Assembly: GCA_000004695.1 (NCBI GenBank)
Contig: CM000154.2
Coordinates: 1,888,001-1,952,000 of the forward strand
DNA: 64,000 nt
From: Dictyostelium discoideum
Taxonomy: Eukaryota
Direction: 5' to 3'
Positions 51,121-62,276 of the stretch are shown here, piece after piece. The position numbers and the translations under genes are program-made. The notes below the pieces were generated by a model, which was given only the letters and a program-made list of their open reading frames with translations, was not told the origin of the DNA and searched no databases. Every line of letters begins with the position of its first letter. Position 1 is the stretch's first letter.

Positions 51121-51511
51121 AGAGAAAGAACAAACAAAAAAATAAACAAACAAACAAACAAACTAAACAATAAGCTTGGTTTTTTGGTTTGTTTGTTTGT
51201 TTGTTTGCTTGTTGTTTCCTAAACTTTTAATGAATTCTCTTTATATTACATGTAATCTAATTCTTTTTTGCCAGGACTCCTTCAAGAACTTAAAACTTTA
51301 AAATGCCATATTATTCGGACAAATTGGACAAAATCTTAGAAAATAGTTTTTTGGAACAAAAGAAATTGAAATACCAGTTACTCTTTTATGTATAAAGATT
51401 GGTTGATTGCTTTTGTTTTTTAAAAAAAAAAAAAAAAAAAACGCACACTTATAAAAATAGGTAATAACTATTTATTTTTATTTTTTATTCTATCCTCCCT
51501 TTTATCTTTTG

Positions 51512-51545
<34 letters not shown>

Positions 51546-51949
51546 CAATTGGATAAATAAATGAAAATAAGAAATTTAAAAAACTAAAAAAAAAAAATAA
51601 TAATAATAAAAATCCCAACTCAATTTATATTATACAAACGTATTTTTTATATTTTAAAAAAAAAATTTGAAAATTTATATATTTTAAAGGAAAAAAAATT
51701 CTTATCTAACTGTTTTTATTCTGTTCAAAATATAAAAATGTATATTACTTGTTTTGGTGATTTTTTTTTTAATATTCTATTTATTATATTCATTTTTTGG
51801 ATTTTAGTCATTTTTTGTATATTTTACATATTTTATACTATCATTTTGGGTTGAAGTGAAGTAAAATAAAATTTTGCTACCTATTATGGAAAGGGATCAT
51901 ATAGGTTTAAAAATAATGATTATTATTTGGATAATCTAAAATATAAAAT

Positions 51950-52987
51950 TAAAATAGTAATGCAACTAATTTTGCTTTTTAATAATGGATTTGGTTAAGA
52001 GAATGGTATCCAATTGAAGAATTATAGGAATGTTACCAAGTTTTTACCAACAAACATTAAAATTGATATTGAGTTTTTAACAACTACACGTGTAGTATAC
52101 TAATAAATGAAAAATTAAAATATTTCAAAAATTAAATCAATTTCTTTTTATTTTATCATTATATTATATAGTTTTGGAATAGACTATATGTTTAAATAAT
52201 AATAGTAAAAAAAAAAATAATGGTTAAAAAATATTTACATTCAAACAATTAATCCATCAAAACTCAAACATTCTTCACGACCACTGAGAAAAATTTTAAC
52301 TTAGGCACTATAAGCCCCAACAGCCCAAACTGAATTGTAAAAACCTTGTAAGGGCTGTTCTTAACCCTTATGAATGATGTATGGGCTGCTTGCAAAGTTT
52401 CAAATTTTGCACGCAGCCCGTACAGTCTTTTAAAGGGTTGTGTAAAGCCCTTACAAGGTTTTTTAGATATTTGCTAACAACAATAATACTTAAAAAAAAA
52501 AAACGGTTGCACAACCCATTCAAATTTTTAAAAAAAATTATTCAAACGAAAATTCAATATTAATAAATATATATGAAATTTCATATTTATATAAAAAAAT
52601 AATCAAAATAAATACAATAATTTATAATTTTTTTTTTTTATATAAAAAAATATAAAATCAAATAAATATAAATATATTTTTATCTATTTTAAATTTTATA
52701 TAAATTTTTTTTTTTTTTTTTTTTTTCTATTTATTTGATTTTATTTGATTTTTTTATTTTTGACCTAAAATAAATGTAAAGTTATTAGTTAAAGTTATTA
52801 GTTTTTTTATTTTTTTTTTTTATTTATTTATTTTTTTTTTTTTAGGTACTTTAATATTAAAAAAAAAACATGTTATTTTTTAAAAAAAATTTACATTTAT
52901 ATATAGGATATAAATTTTCCTATTTTATTTTATTTTATTTCCTAAATATAAATTCCTATTTTATTTTATTTTATTTATTTATTGGTT

Positions 52988-53069
<82 letters not shown>

Positions 53070-54110
53070 TAATTGACTATAGTATAATAATTTTTGAATC
53101 TATATTTAAATAAAATATAATTGAAAAATATAAAATAAAAACAATATGCAAAGTGATTTTTTATTTTAATTTTGGTAAAGAGAAAATTAAAATTAAAAAA
53201 AAGAAAAAATTAATAATAAAAAATACTACATACATTCAGGTTTTTATTTTTTTTGCAAAGTCACAAACAATATTATCGTATTTTCTTACCAAATGTTTAA
53301 ATAAATAAATTTATTAACAACGATTAAATATTGTTTATTTTTTAAATACATTTAAAAAAGAAAAAATTATAAACCTTGTTATTGCCCATTTTAAAAAAAA
53401 CCTTTGGAATCTTTGCAGTACATTTTTTTTTTTAAAAAAAAAAAATACCTTGTATTAGCCCGGTTGGGACGAATAGACCGTTCAGCCATTTAGTCCATTT
53501 TTTTTTTTTTAAAAAAAAATTTTTTAAGGACTGTCAACCGGGTTTATACAAGCCCTTATAAGAGATCATGGCTTGGTCGTGTTGTAAAATAATATATAAA
53601 CAATAAAATAAAATAAAATAAAATAGAAAAAAATATTAAAATCATTTTAAATCATATAATGTATGTGCCATATTTGATCTTTATTAAACATTATTTTTAG
53701 TTTTTCAGCTGAAGTCAAAATAAATAAGTTAATTGATAGAGAAGGTACCATGAAATTAGAGAAAATAGTTATTGAAAATATTATTAGTTTAAATGAAAAA
53801 GAATTTTCAAATGGATTTATGGAAATTTATTATTTATTAAACCTATATTGTGTCGATTTGAGTGTTTTCATCTTTTCCAAGGATGAATCAGCCAATTTCT
53901 TTATTTTAGAAGTTGCTTTCTAAGTTGACTCTGAGATTATTTCTAATCCATTATGGATTTATATATATGGTTTTTTCTCTTTTACAATATGAAATCTTCT
54001 TTCATTCATCCTTAAATTTAATAAATTCATATAACAAGCTTAGAGAAATTTCATAGTGGGCAACTTCTTCAGAAATATAACTCTACGACGAACATCTGGT
54101 GTAGGACTTT
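51950..54110. mobile_element. Copy B of the degenerate repetitive element (rearranged: head and Y-segment in plus orientation, X-segment inverted), containing a poly-T60 tract and two hairpin elements
   Basis: 51960-52080 (aatggatttggttaagagaatggta...) is homologous to 48100-48200. 53740-53830 (EGTMKLEKIVIENIISL...) is homologous to 49440-49520. 53900-54110 reverse-complemented (…RRRVIFLKKLPTMKFL…) is homologous to 49060-49160. Confidence 0.5.
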
Positions 54111-54154
54111 GGACAAACCTTCGAAAGAAATAAAATAATTATCAACACACCAAC

Positions 54155-54193
54155 ATAATAATAATATAATGATAATAATAATAATAATAATTA

Positions 54194-54283
<90 letters not shown>

Positions 54284-54298
54284 TAATAATAATAATAA
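54155..54298. repeat. (AAT)n microsatellite
   Basis: ataataataata... about 140 bp. Confidence 0.9.
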
Positions 54299-54611
54299 GA
54301 TTACTCAACTAAAACATACAAAACACAAATATTAAATAAACGTGAATAAAATAATATATATGAAAATTATAAATATAAATTGTTATTTTAGGGAAAAATA
54401 TCATAAATGCCCAACACATACCAAAACACTCAACGGATGAATATAAAAATAAAGACCAAATATCAATACGAATTAAAACGATTTTAGTATGTTTTTTTTT
54501 TCATTTTATTTTATTATTATTTTTATATATATTATTTTTTAACAGTTTTTTTTTGAGAATGTATGAGTTTAGTGTGGATTAATTGCCTGAATGTATTTAT
54601 GTATTAACCAC

Positions 54612-54614
<3 letters not shown>

Positions 54615-54701
<87 letters not shown>

Positions 54702-54708
54702 TAATATT
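54615..54708. repeat. (ATT)n microsatellite
   Basis: attattattatt... about 95 bp. Confidence 0.9.
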
Positions 54709-54799
54709 ATTAATATTATTATTTATTTTTATAAACCTATAATCTGTTCCAATACTAAATAATTTAAAGATAAAAAAAAAAAAAATTAGTAAAAATTTA

Positions 54800-56203
54800 T
54801 TAGTTAAAATTTTTGGAAAAAAATTGAGAGAGCTTCGCAGCAATTTCAATAATACTTACAGTCCAGCCTTTAACAAAATTGTAGTCAGGGTAGTTTGCAA
54901 TTGGGCCAATGGCAGTAACTGCTGGTGAAACATCACGAAGAAGGGTAGATGCAACACGTTGAACATCAGCAACTGTGATTTCATTAATACGTGTGTATAC
55001 CTCAAATGGTGATAAACGACGACCTAAAGTTAAAATTTGACGACCAATGCCTTCGCAAACTTTACTGGTACCATCGTATTGCATTAATGTGGTAGCTAAA
55101 AGTTTTTGTTTGTTACGTTCTACCTCATTTTTATTGCAACTAGTTGCGATTCTTTGCCATTCCTTCAACATTTCAGCAACTAAATCATCAACACGTTCTG
55201 GTTGACAAACACCATAGTTACCGAAAAGACCTGTATCTTGATAACAAGTGAAAAAGGTAGAATAAGATTCTGCAAGATCTTCAGTGGCAACAATTTCACC
55301 AAGGTTTGATGCAATGTTTTTACCGGCGGCAATACCACGATTCCAGTTACCAATCATAGTTTGAATTAATTCTAAAACAAAGTAATCTGGATCAGTCCAT
55401 GGAAGGGCTCTAACAGCAACGGCAAAATGAATCAATGGTTGTTCATCATCACGGACACGGAGTTCTGAACCAATAAAGTCATTGGTGATTGCGGCTCTCT
55501 TTACATCTTTAGAAACTTGTGACATCTTTACGTTTGCGAATTTCTCTTTAACTTGTTCAACGAGTTGTTCATGGTTAACTGCACCAGCAGCAGAGATAAC
55601 TAAACGATCACCAGTATAATTTTCATTGATAAATTCTTGAATTTGTTCACGAGTAATTGATTTAATATTTTCGACTGGACCTAAAATGGTTCTACCTAAT
55701 GCTGAACCTTGGAAAGCGGCGGCGTGTAATTGATCAAAGACAACTTCATCTTCTTTGGATTGAATATAATCGTTTTCACTGAGGATGGTGTCACGCTCTT
55801 GTTCAATTAATGAGGTTTCAAATTTACTATTTTGTAAGATATCAGAGAGGATATCAACGGCATTTGGTACGTTATCTTTTAAAACTTTCATGTAGTAAGC
55901 ACTGTGTTCACGACTAGTGAATGCATTTAAACTACCACCCATATTTTCAATTTCAGTTTCAATTGATTGTGGTGTTGGACGTTTGGCTGTACCTTTGAAA
56001 ATCATATGTTCTAAAAAGTGTGCTACACCATTATTCTTATCAGTTTCATAAACTGAACCACTATCAACCCAAACACCTACACTTGCAACTTCACCATATG
56101 TTTGTTCTGTTGCAACTCTAATACCATTTGATAATGTTGTAATTTTAGTTTCTGGTGAAATCTTTAAATATGATGGGTCAACTGTTTTTCTTGAAAATGA
56201 TCT
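54800..56203 (-). CDS. mppB: Mitochondrial processing peptidase beta subunit (M16 metallopeptidase; inverted-zincin HxxEH). Main exon; the initiator ATG is probably in a separate upstream micro-exon (56486-56488)
   Basis: GVAHFLEHMIFKGT (HxxEH), NAFTSREHSAYY, and MPP-beta-like N-terminal segment SYLKISPETKITTLSNGIRVATE. An in-frame TAG sits immediately upstream of the acceptor ttttag|AGA at 56204-56205, so no Met lies in this exon before the HxxEH region. ATG|gtgtag at 56488-56483 is in phase. Confidence 0.85.
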   Translation of the reverse strand, partial: RSFSRKTVDPSYLKISPETKITTLSNGIRVATEQTYGEVASVGVWVDSGSVYETDKNNGVAHFLEHMIFKGTAKRPTPQSIETEIENMGGSLNAFTSREHSAYYMKVLKDNVPNAVDILSDILQNSKFETSLIEQERDTILSENDYIQSKEDEVVFDQLHAAAFQGSALGRTILGPVENIKSITREQIQEFINENYTGDRLVISAAGAVNHEQLVEQVKEKFANVKMSQVSKDVKRAAITNDFIGSELRVRDDEQPLIHFAVAVRALPWTDPDYFVLELIQTMIGNWNRGIAAGKNIASNLGEIVATEDLAESYSTFFTCYQDTGLFGNYGVCQPERVDDLVAEMLKEWQRIATSCNKNEVERNKQKLLATTLMQYDGTSKVCEGIGRQILTLGRRLSPFEVYTRINEITVADVQRVASTLLRDVSPAVTAIGPIANYPDYNFVKGWTVSIIEIAAKLSQFFSKNFN

Positions 56204-57087
56204 CTAAAAATAATTTAAATTTTTATGTATATATATTTTTTATAATTATTTTTGTTAATCATTTGACATTTTTTTTTTTTTTTTTTTTTTTTTTATATAT
56301 TTATTTAATTAAAAATTTAATTATTTTTTTATTTAATTATTTATTTCATTTCATTTCATTCATTTTATTTATTTATTTTTTAAATATTTTTTTTTTTTTT
56401 TTGAAAGTGTGGTGAAGGTATTATAAAAAAAAAAAATTATGAGGCAAAAAAAAAAAATATATATATATATTTGTTTACACTACACCATAGTTATATAATC
56501 GATTAAAAAGAAGATTTAGATTTTTTTTCTTTTTTTATTTTTTCCTTAAAAATTATTTTTTATTTTTTTTAGTCTTTTTTTATTTGTGTGGTGGGTGAAT
56601 TAAAATAAAAAAATAAAACAATAGTTTTTTTATATTTTTAGTATAAAAACTATATTATTTCATTGAAACCTACAGAAAAGTTTTTAGTTGATTTAACAAA
56701 TAATTTGGTGATATTTGACATTCTATAGAAATTAATAATATATACTATTATGTTTATATACAACTCGAAAAATGATCAAAAATTTAAAAAATTAAAAAAA
56801 AAAATAAAAAAAAAAAAAAAAAAAAAAAACCAAAAAAAAAAAAAAATTAAAAAAATTAAAAAAAAAAAAATTTCGAAAAATGTTGAAAAAATTTTTTAAT
56901 GATACAATGAACTTCTGAATTAATATGCAAAAAAAAAAAAAAAACTAAAACACTAAAAATTAAAAATTTCATTGAAAATTTAATTAATCAAATTTAATTT
57001 AATCATTTTTTTATATTATTTATTTTTTCAATAATTAAAATGAATAATCGTTAAATTGAAAAAAAAATAAAAAACAATTTTCAAAAA

Positions 57088-57141
<54 letters not shown>

Positions 57142-57672
57142 CTTAAGTCTCAGTAACAAACTATTGAAATTTGGTCAAATACCCCAAATTAGTTTTTTTT
57201 TTTTTTTTTTTTTTATCTTTATTCAAAAAAATAAAAATATAAAAAAACAAATTCAAATTTAAATCTGATAAATTTGGGTGAAAATAAAATAATAAATATA
57301 TAAATAAATAAATAAAAAAAATAAGGTAATTAATAATTGATATCGTTTTTTTTTTTTTTTTTTTTTTTAAAAAAAATTCCCCAAAAAAAAAAAAAAAAAA
57401 AAAACCAAAAAAAATTAAAAATTAAAAAAAGGGGGTTAAAAAAAAAAAAAAAAAAAATTTTTTTTAAATGGGGGGGGGGGAAATTTTTGGGGTTTTTTTT
57501 TAAAGGGAAAATAAACAAAAATTTTTTGGGAAATTCCCAAAAATTAAGGGGAAAAAAAAAAAAAAATTTCCCAAATTTTTTTTTTTTGGGGGGAAAAAAA
57601 AAAAAAAGGAACCCCCCCCCCCTTGGAAATTTTAAAAATTACCCAAAAAGGGAAAAAAAAGGGGGGGGGGGG

Positions 57673-57724
<52 letters not shown>

Positions 57725-57872
57725 CTTTAAAAATTCATTTTTTTTTTTTTTTTTTTTTTTATTTATTATTATTTTTATTTTTTGATATTAGCCAAATCAT
57801 ATAAAATTGTTTGTATTAAATATTTTAATCAAAAACCTTTAATATTACTTTTATATAATAATAATTATAATA

Positions 57873-57923
<51 letters not shown>

Positions 57924-57925
57924 TT

Positions 57926-57958
<33 letters not shown>

Positions 57959-58095
57959 TTTTAATTAAAATATTTTGAACATATACTTATTTTTTTTTTT
58001 TAAAAAAAAAAAAAAAAATTTTTTTTTAAAATTATTTTAGATATTTTTTAATTTTATTTGTAAATAATTAATTTGTATTTTTAAAAAAAAAAAAG

Positions 58096-59490
58096 ATGTC
58101 AGAAGCAACTATTGTTGAATTATTAAAAAGATTAGATCAAGCAACTACTCGTTTAGAAGCAGTTGAAAAATCAATTGCATCAGGTGTTGCATCATCATCA
58201 TCATCATCATCACCATCAAGTGGTGCAGCTGGTCCATCATCAGCATCAGTTAAGGAATTCCAAAATTTAGTTGATCAACATATTACACCATTTGTTGCTC
58301 TTTCAAAGAAATTAGCACCAGAAGTTGGTAATCAAGTTGAACAATTAGTTAAAGCCATCGATGCTGAAAAGGCCTTAATCAACACTGCATCACAAAGTAA
58401 AAAACCATCTCAAGAAACTTTATTAGAATTAATTAAACCATTAAATAACTTTGCCGCTGAAGTTGGTAAAATTAGAGATAGCAACCGTTCCTCAAAATTC
58501 TTTAACAATCTCTCTGCTATCAGTGAATCAATTGGTTTCCTTAGTTGGGTTGTAGTTGAACCAACTCCAGGTCCACATGTTGCAGAAATGAGAGGTTCAG
58601 CTGAATTCTACACTAATCGTATCTTAAAAGAATTCAAAGGTGTTAATCAAGATCAAGTTGATTGGGTTTCAAACTATGTAAACTTCCTTAAAGATCTCGA
58701 AAAATATATTAAACAATATCATACCACCGGTTTAACTTGGAATCCAAAAGGTGGAGATGCTAAATCTGCTACACCAGCACCAGCTTCATCAGCACCAGCC
58801 GCCCCAGTTGCACCAGCTGTTTCATCCACTCCAGTTGAATCAAAGAAAGGTCCAGGTTTAGGTGCAGTTTTCGGTGAACTTAGCAAAGGTGATGGTGTTA
58901 CCAGTGGTTTAAAAAAAGTTACCAACGATATGAAATCCAAAAATTTCACCGACAAATCATCAGTTGTTAAAGCTGCTGATACTAAAGTCGCCAAAGTTGA
59001 TGCTCCATCTAGACCAGCCGTTTTTGCTCTCCAAGGTAACAAATGGTCCATTGAATATCAAGTTAACAACAAAGAAATTGTCATTGCCGAGCCAGATAGT
59101 CGTCAAACTGTTTACATTTTCCAATGTGTAAACTCTTTAGTTCAAATCAAAGGTAAAGTTAATGCAATTACTCTTGATGGTTGTAAAAAGACTTCAATCG
59201 TTTTCGAAAATGCCATTTCCTCTTGTGAAGTTGTCAATTGTAATGGTGTTGAAATCCAAGTCACTGGTCGTGTACCATCAATTGCTATCGATAAGACAAG
59301 TGGTTGTCAAATTTATCTCTCTAAAGATTCTTTAGAAACTGAAATCGTCTCTTCAAAATCATCTGAAATGAATGTTTTAATTCCAGGTGCAACTGAAAAT
59401 GATGATTTAGTTGAATTAGCTATTCCAGAACAATATAAAACTTCTGTTAAAGGTAATAAATTACATACTGAATCAACTTCACATATTTAA
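58096..59490 (+). CDS. cap: Adenylyl cyclase-associated protein (CAP/Srv2), 464 aa
   Basis: N-terminal helical domain, central Pro/Ala-rich region (PAPASSAPAAPVAPAVSSTP), and C-terminal CARP beta-helix (VFALQGNKWSIEYQVNNKEIVIAEPDSRQTVYIFQCVNSLVQIKGKVNAITLDGC...). The 464-aa length equals what I recall for Dictyostelium CAP. Confidence 0.9.
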   Translation: MSEATIVELLKRLDQATTRLEAVEKSIASGVASSSSSSSPSSGAAGPSSASVKEFQNLVDQHITPFVALSKKLAPEVGNQVEQLVKAIDAEKALINTASQSKKPSQETLLELIKPLNNFAAEVGKIRDSNRSSKFFNNLSAISESIGFLSWVVVEPTPGPHVAEMRGSAEFYTNRILKEFKGVNQDQVDWVSNYVNFLKDLEKYIKQYHTTGLTWNPKGGDAKSATPAPASSAPAAPVAPAVSSTPVESKKGPGLGAVFGELSKGDGVTSGLKKVTNDMKSKNFTDKSSVVKAADTKVAKVDAPSRPAVFALQGNKWSIEYQVNNKEIVIAEPDSRQTVYIFQCVNSLVQIKGKVNAITLDGCKKTSIVFENAISSCEVVNCNGVEIQVTGRVPSIAIDKTSGCQIYLSKDSLETEIVSSKSSEMNVLIPGATENDDLVELAIPEQYKTSVKGNKLHTESTSHI

Positions 59491-60903
59491 AAAAAAAATT
59501 TTTTAAATTTATAAATAAAAAAAAAAAAATAAAATAAAAAAATAAAAAAAAAAATTAATAAATTTATATATATATATTTATATGTATTAAAAAAAAAAAA
59601 AAAATGATAAAAAAAAAAAAAAAAAAAATAATAATGATCATTAAACTTTTAACTTAATTTTCATTTTTTTAAATATTTTTTTAATATTGAAAACCACCAT
59701 TTAAATGATTTATAAGGAGAATGGCTATCCATTTGGGTAATTTTGTTATTTTTTTTAACTCAATAGCAATTGCTCACTGCAGAAGGGTAAAGTTTCTCTA
59801 TATTGCTTCTGCTATATTGATTTAGTTGCCACAATCTTATTCTATTATTATTTTTAATAGTGCTTGTAAAAAAAAAAAAAAGAAAACAATGATCTTCATT
59901 TAATTAATAGTGAGTAGTTTGGTTGTAGAGGGAGTTAAAAGAATTATATTTTATTATATGTAATTATATTTATATTTTATTTATTTATTGAATAACTATA
60001 TTTAATTTATATATCCTTAATAATTTAATTTAGTTTAATTTAATTTTTATTTTAATTATATATTTATTTTTTTATTTAATTTTCTTTTTAACATATTTAT
60101 ATTTAGGAGATAATAAACTGAAAATAAATAAATTTTCATTTTCATTTTATACTATATAAAATGAGTTGACATAATTTACTAAAAGAGAATAATTAAAATA
60201 ATATAATAATTTTGTAAAAAATTAATTTATATTAATTATTGAAAACACTAAAAAAAGAATATATATAGAAACAAATGATTTTAAAATAAGTGAATAATAC
60301 AAAATAATTATTGTAACAAATAACTGTTGGTTTCGTTAAATAGTTGTGAAAAATTACTATCATAAAACAGTTGGTATGGATTCTTTTTTTAATACTTAAA
60401 CCATTTTCAACTCACTCTCTCATACATTGGTTCTTTTTTTATTTTCACCCTCTAAAACTGAACGATGGTAAATATCAATATATAGCATATTTCATTTGAA
60501 CACACCATTTTCCAAACTCTAAAACCAAGTTTTATATTGGTTTTCAAGGTAAATATTGAACAGAAACATAATTCCCATCATAATCAACTATATCCTCATC
60601 GATTGAATTAGAGTTGGTGAAATCAATGATTGGGTGTTGTTTAACATTTTCAAAAAAAAATCTCAAATTTTATAAAGATACTATCACTCAATTCTAAATT
60701 TGGTGTTTGATGGTTTGTGTATACTAGTACCTCTAGAAGGACTAATAGTATTTATTTATTTTAATTATATTTATTTTTTTATTTATTTTATTTTATTAAT
60801 TCTATTTTTTTAAAAATATCTTTAATTAATTTATTTAACCTTAATTCTTTAATTTTAATAAATTTAATTTTAACATTAATTTATTATTTATTTATTTTAT
60901 TTT

Positions 60904-60945
<42 letters not shown>

Positions 60946-61844
60946 TAACATATGTTTGATTGTTGAGTAATATCCTAATAAAACTGACAATAATAATAAT
61001 ATTTTATTTTACATTTTATACTATATAAAATTAGTTGAAATCATTTATATTTTTCTAATTTAATTATTTTTTAGATATAATTAAATATAATAATTATTAT
61101 AACAAACGACTAATGCTTTCATTGTACATTTGTAACTCCATCTTCTCACCCATTTCCATCAAATTCTCCCTTTTTCATAATTCTATCTAGATTAATACAT
61201 TATTTCCTGCGTAATTGATAAACCCATATTAATCTTAATATTTCCTGTAGTTTTATTTTTGATAGGTCTAAAATTTTTGTTGACATATATTTTTTTTAAA
61301 ATCAAAATGGTTATTTCCTACCACTAGTTTCAATATTTGGTTCCTCTAGAATGTCTCTGGAATTTCTTCTTCCCCATTTGAAAACTCATTTTCACTCTCA
61401 TCCATTTTTCATTAAAAAAAGTTTAATTTTTGACCTTTATTAAATGCTGTTGTTGGTTTTTTTTTTATAAAATAAAATGGAAAAATTTCATTTAAAGTGT
61501 ATTGTAACATGACCACCATGAAATTGTCATTTTTTTTTTTTTTTTATTTTTTATTTAAATTATAAACTTTTTAATAATGCTCCAAAAAAAAAAAAAAAAT
61601 TTTAAATAAAAAAATAATATCCCTAAAAAAAAAAACAACAAATGGTACATAAAAAGTAAAATAATATTTTTGGAGGCAAGATCCCCAATAAAAAGGTTGG
61701 TGAAATAATAAAAAAATAACATATTAACCGCACTCAATGTGCTTGGGAACACATTAAATTTTAATATTTATTGATTAATTTTCAATTTTTTTTTTTCATT
61801 TTTAAATATAATTTGTCATATATTACACGTTAATAAAAAAAATT

Positions 61845-61876
<32 letters not shown>

Positions 61877-62276
61877 TAAAAACAGAAAATCTTGGTAACT
61901 GAATTTTGGTAAAGGTGCTTAAAATATGGTACTTTTTAAAAAAAAAAAGATATTTTTTTTTTTTTTTTTTTAATTTAATTTCGTTTAATTTTTTTTTTTT
62001 TTTTTATTAATTTTTTTTTTTTTTTTTTCTAATTTTTTTTTTTTTTTTTTATTTAATCAAATGTAATGAAAACCACACATTCAAACACAATTAAATAATA
62101 ATCAATCTATTCAACAATATAAATTATAATAAAATTAATAATAATAATAAATAATAATAAAAAAAATAAAAAAATATAAATTATTATTTTATTTTATTTT
62201 ATTTTTTCTTTTTTTAATATTATTATTATTATTGATATAATAGTGTAATAATTAATAATTATTTATAAATTTAAAA

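Noticed and set aside
58719-59051. Minus-strand ORF inside CAP
   Set aside because: Antisense of the Ala/Pro-rich linker of a well-supported gene.
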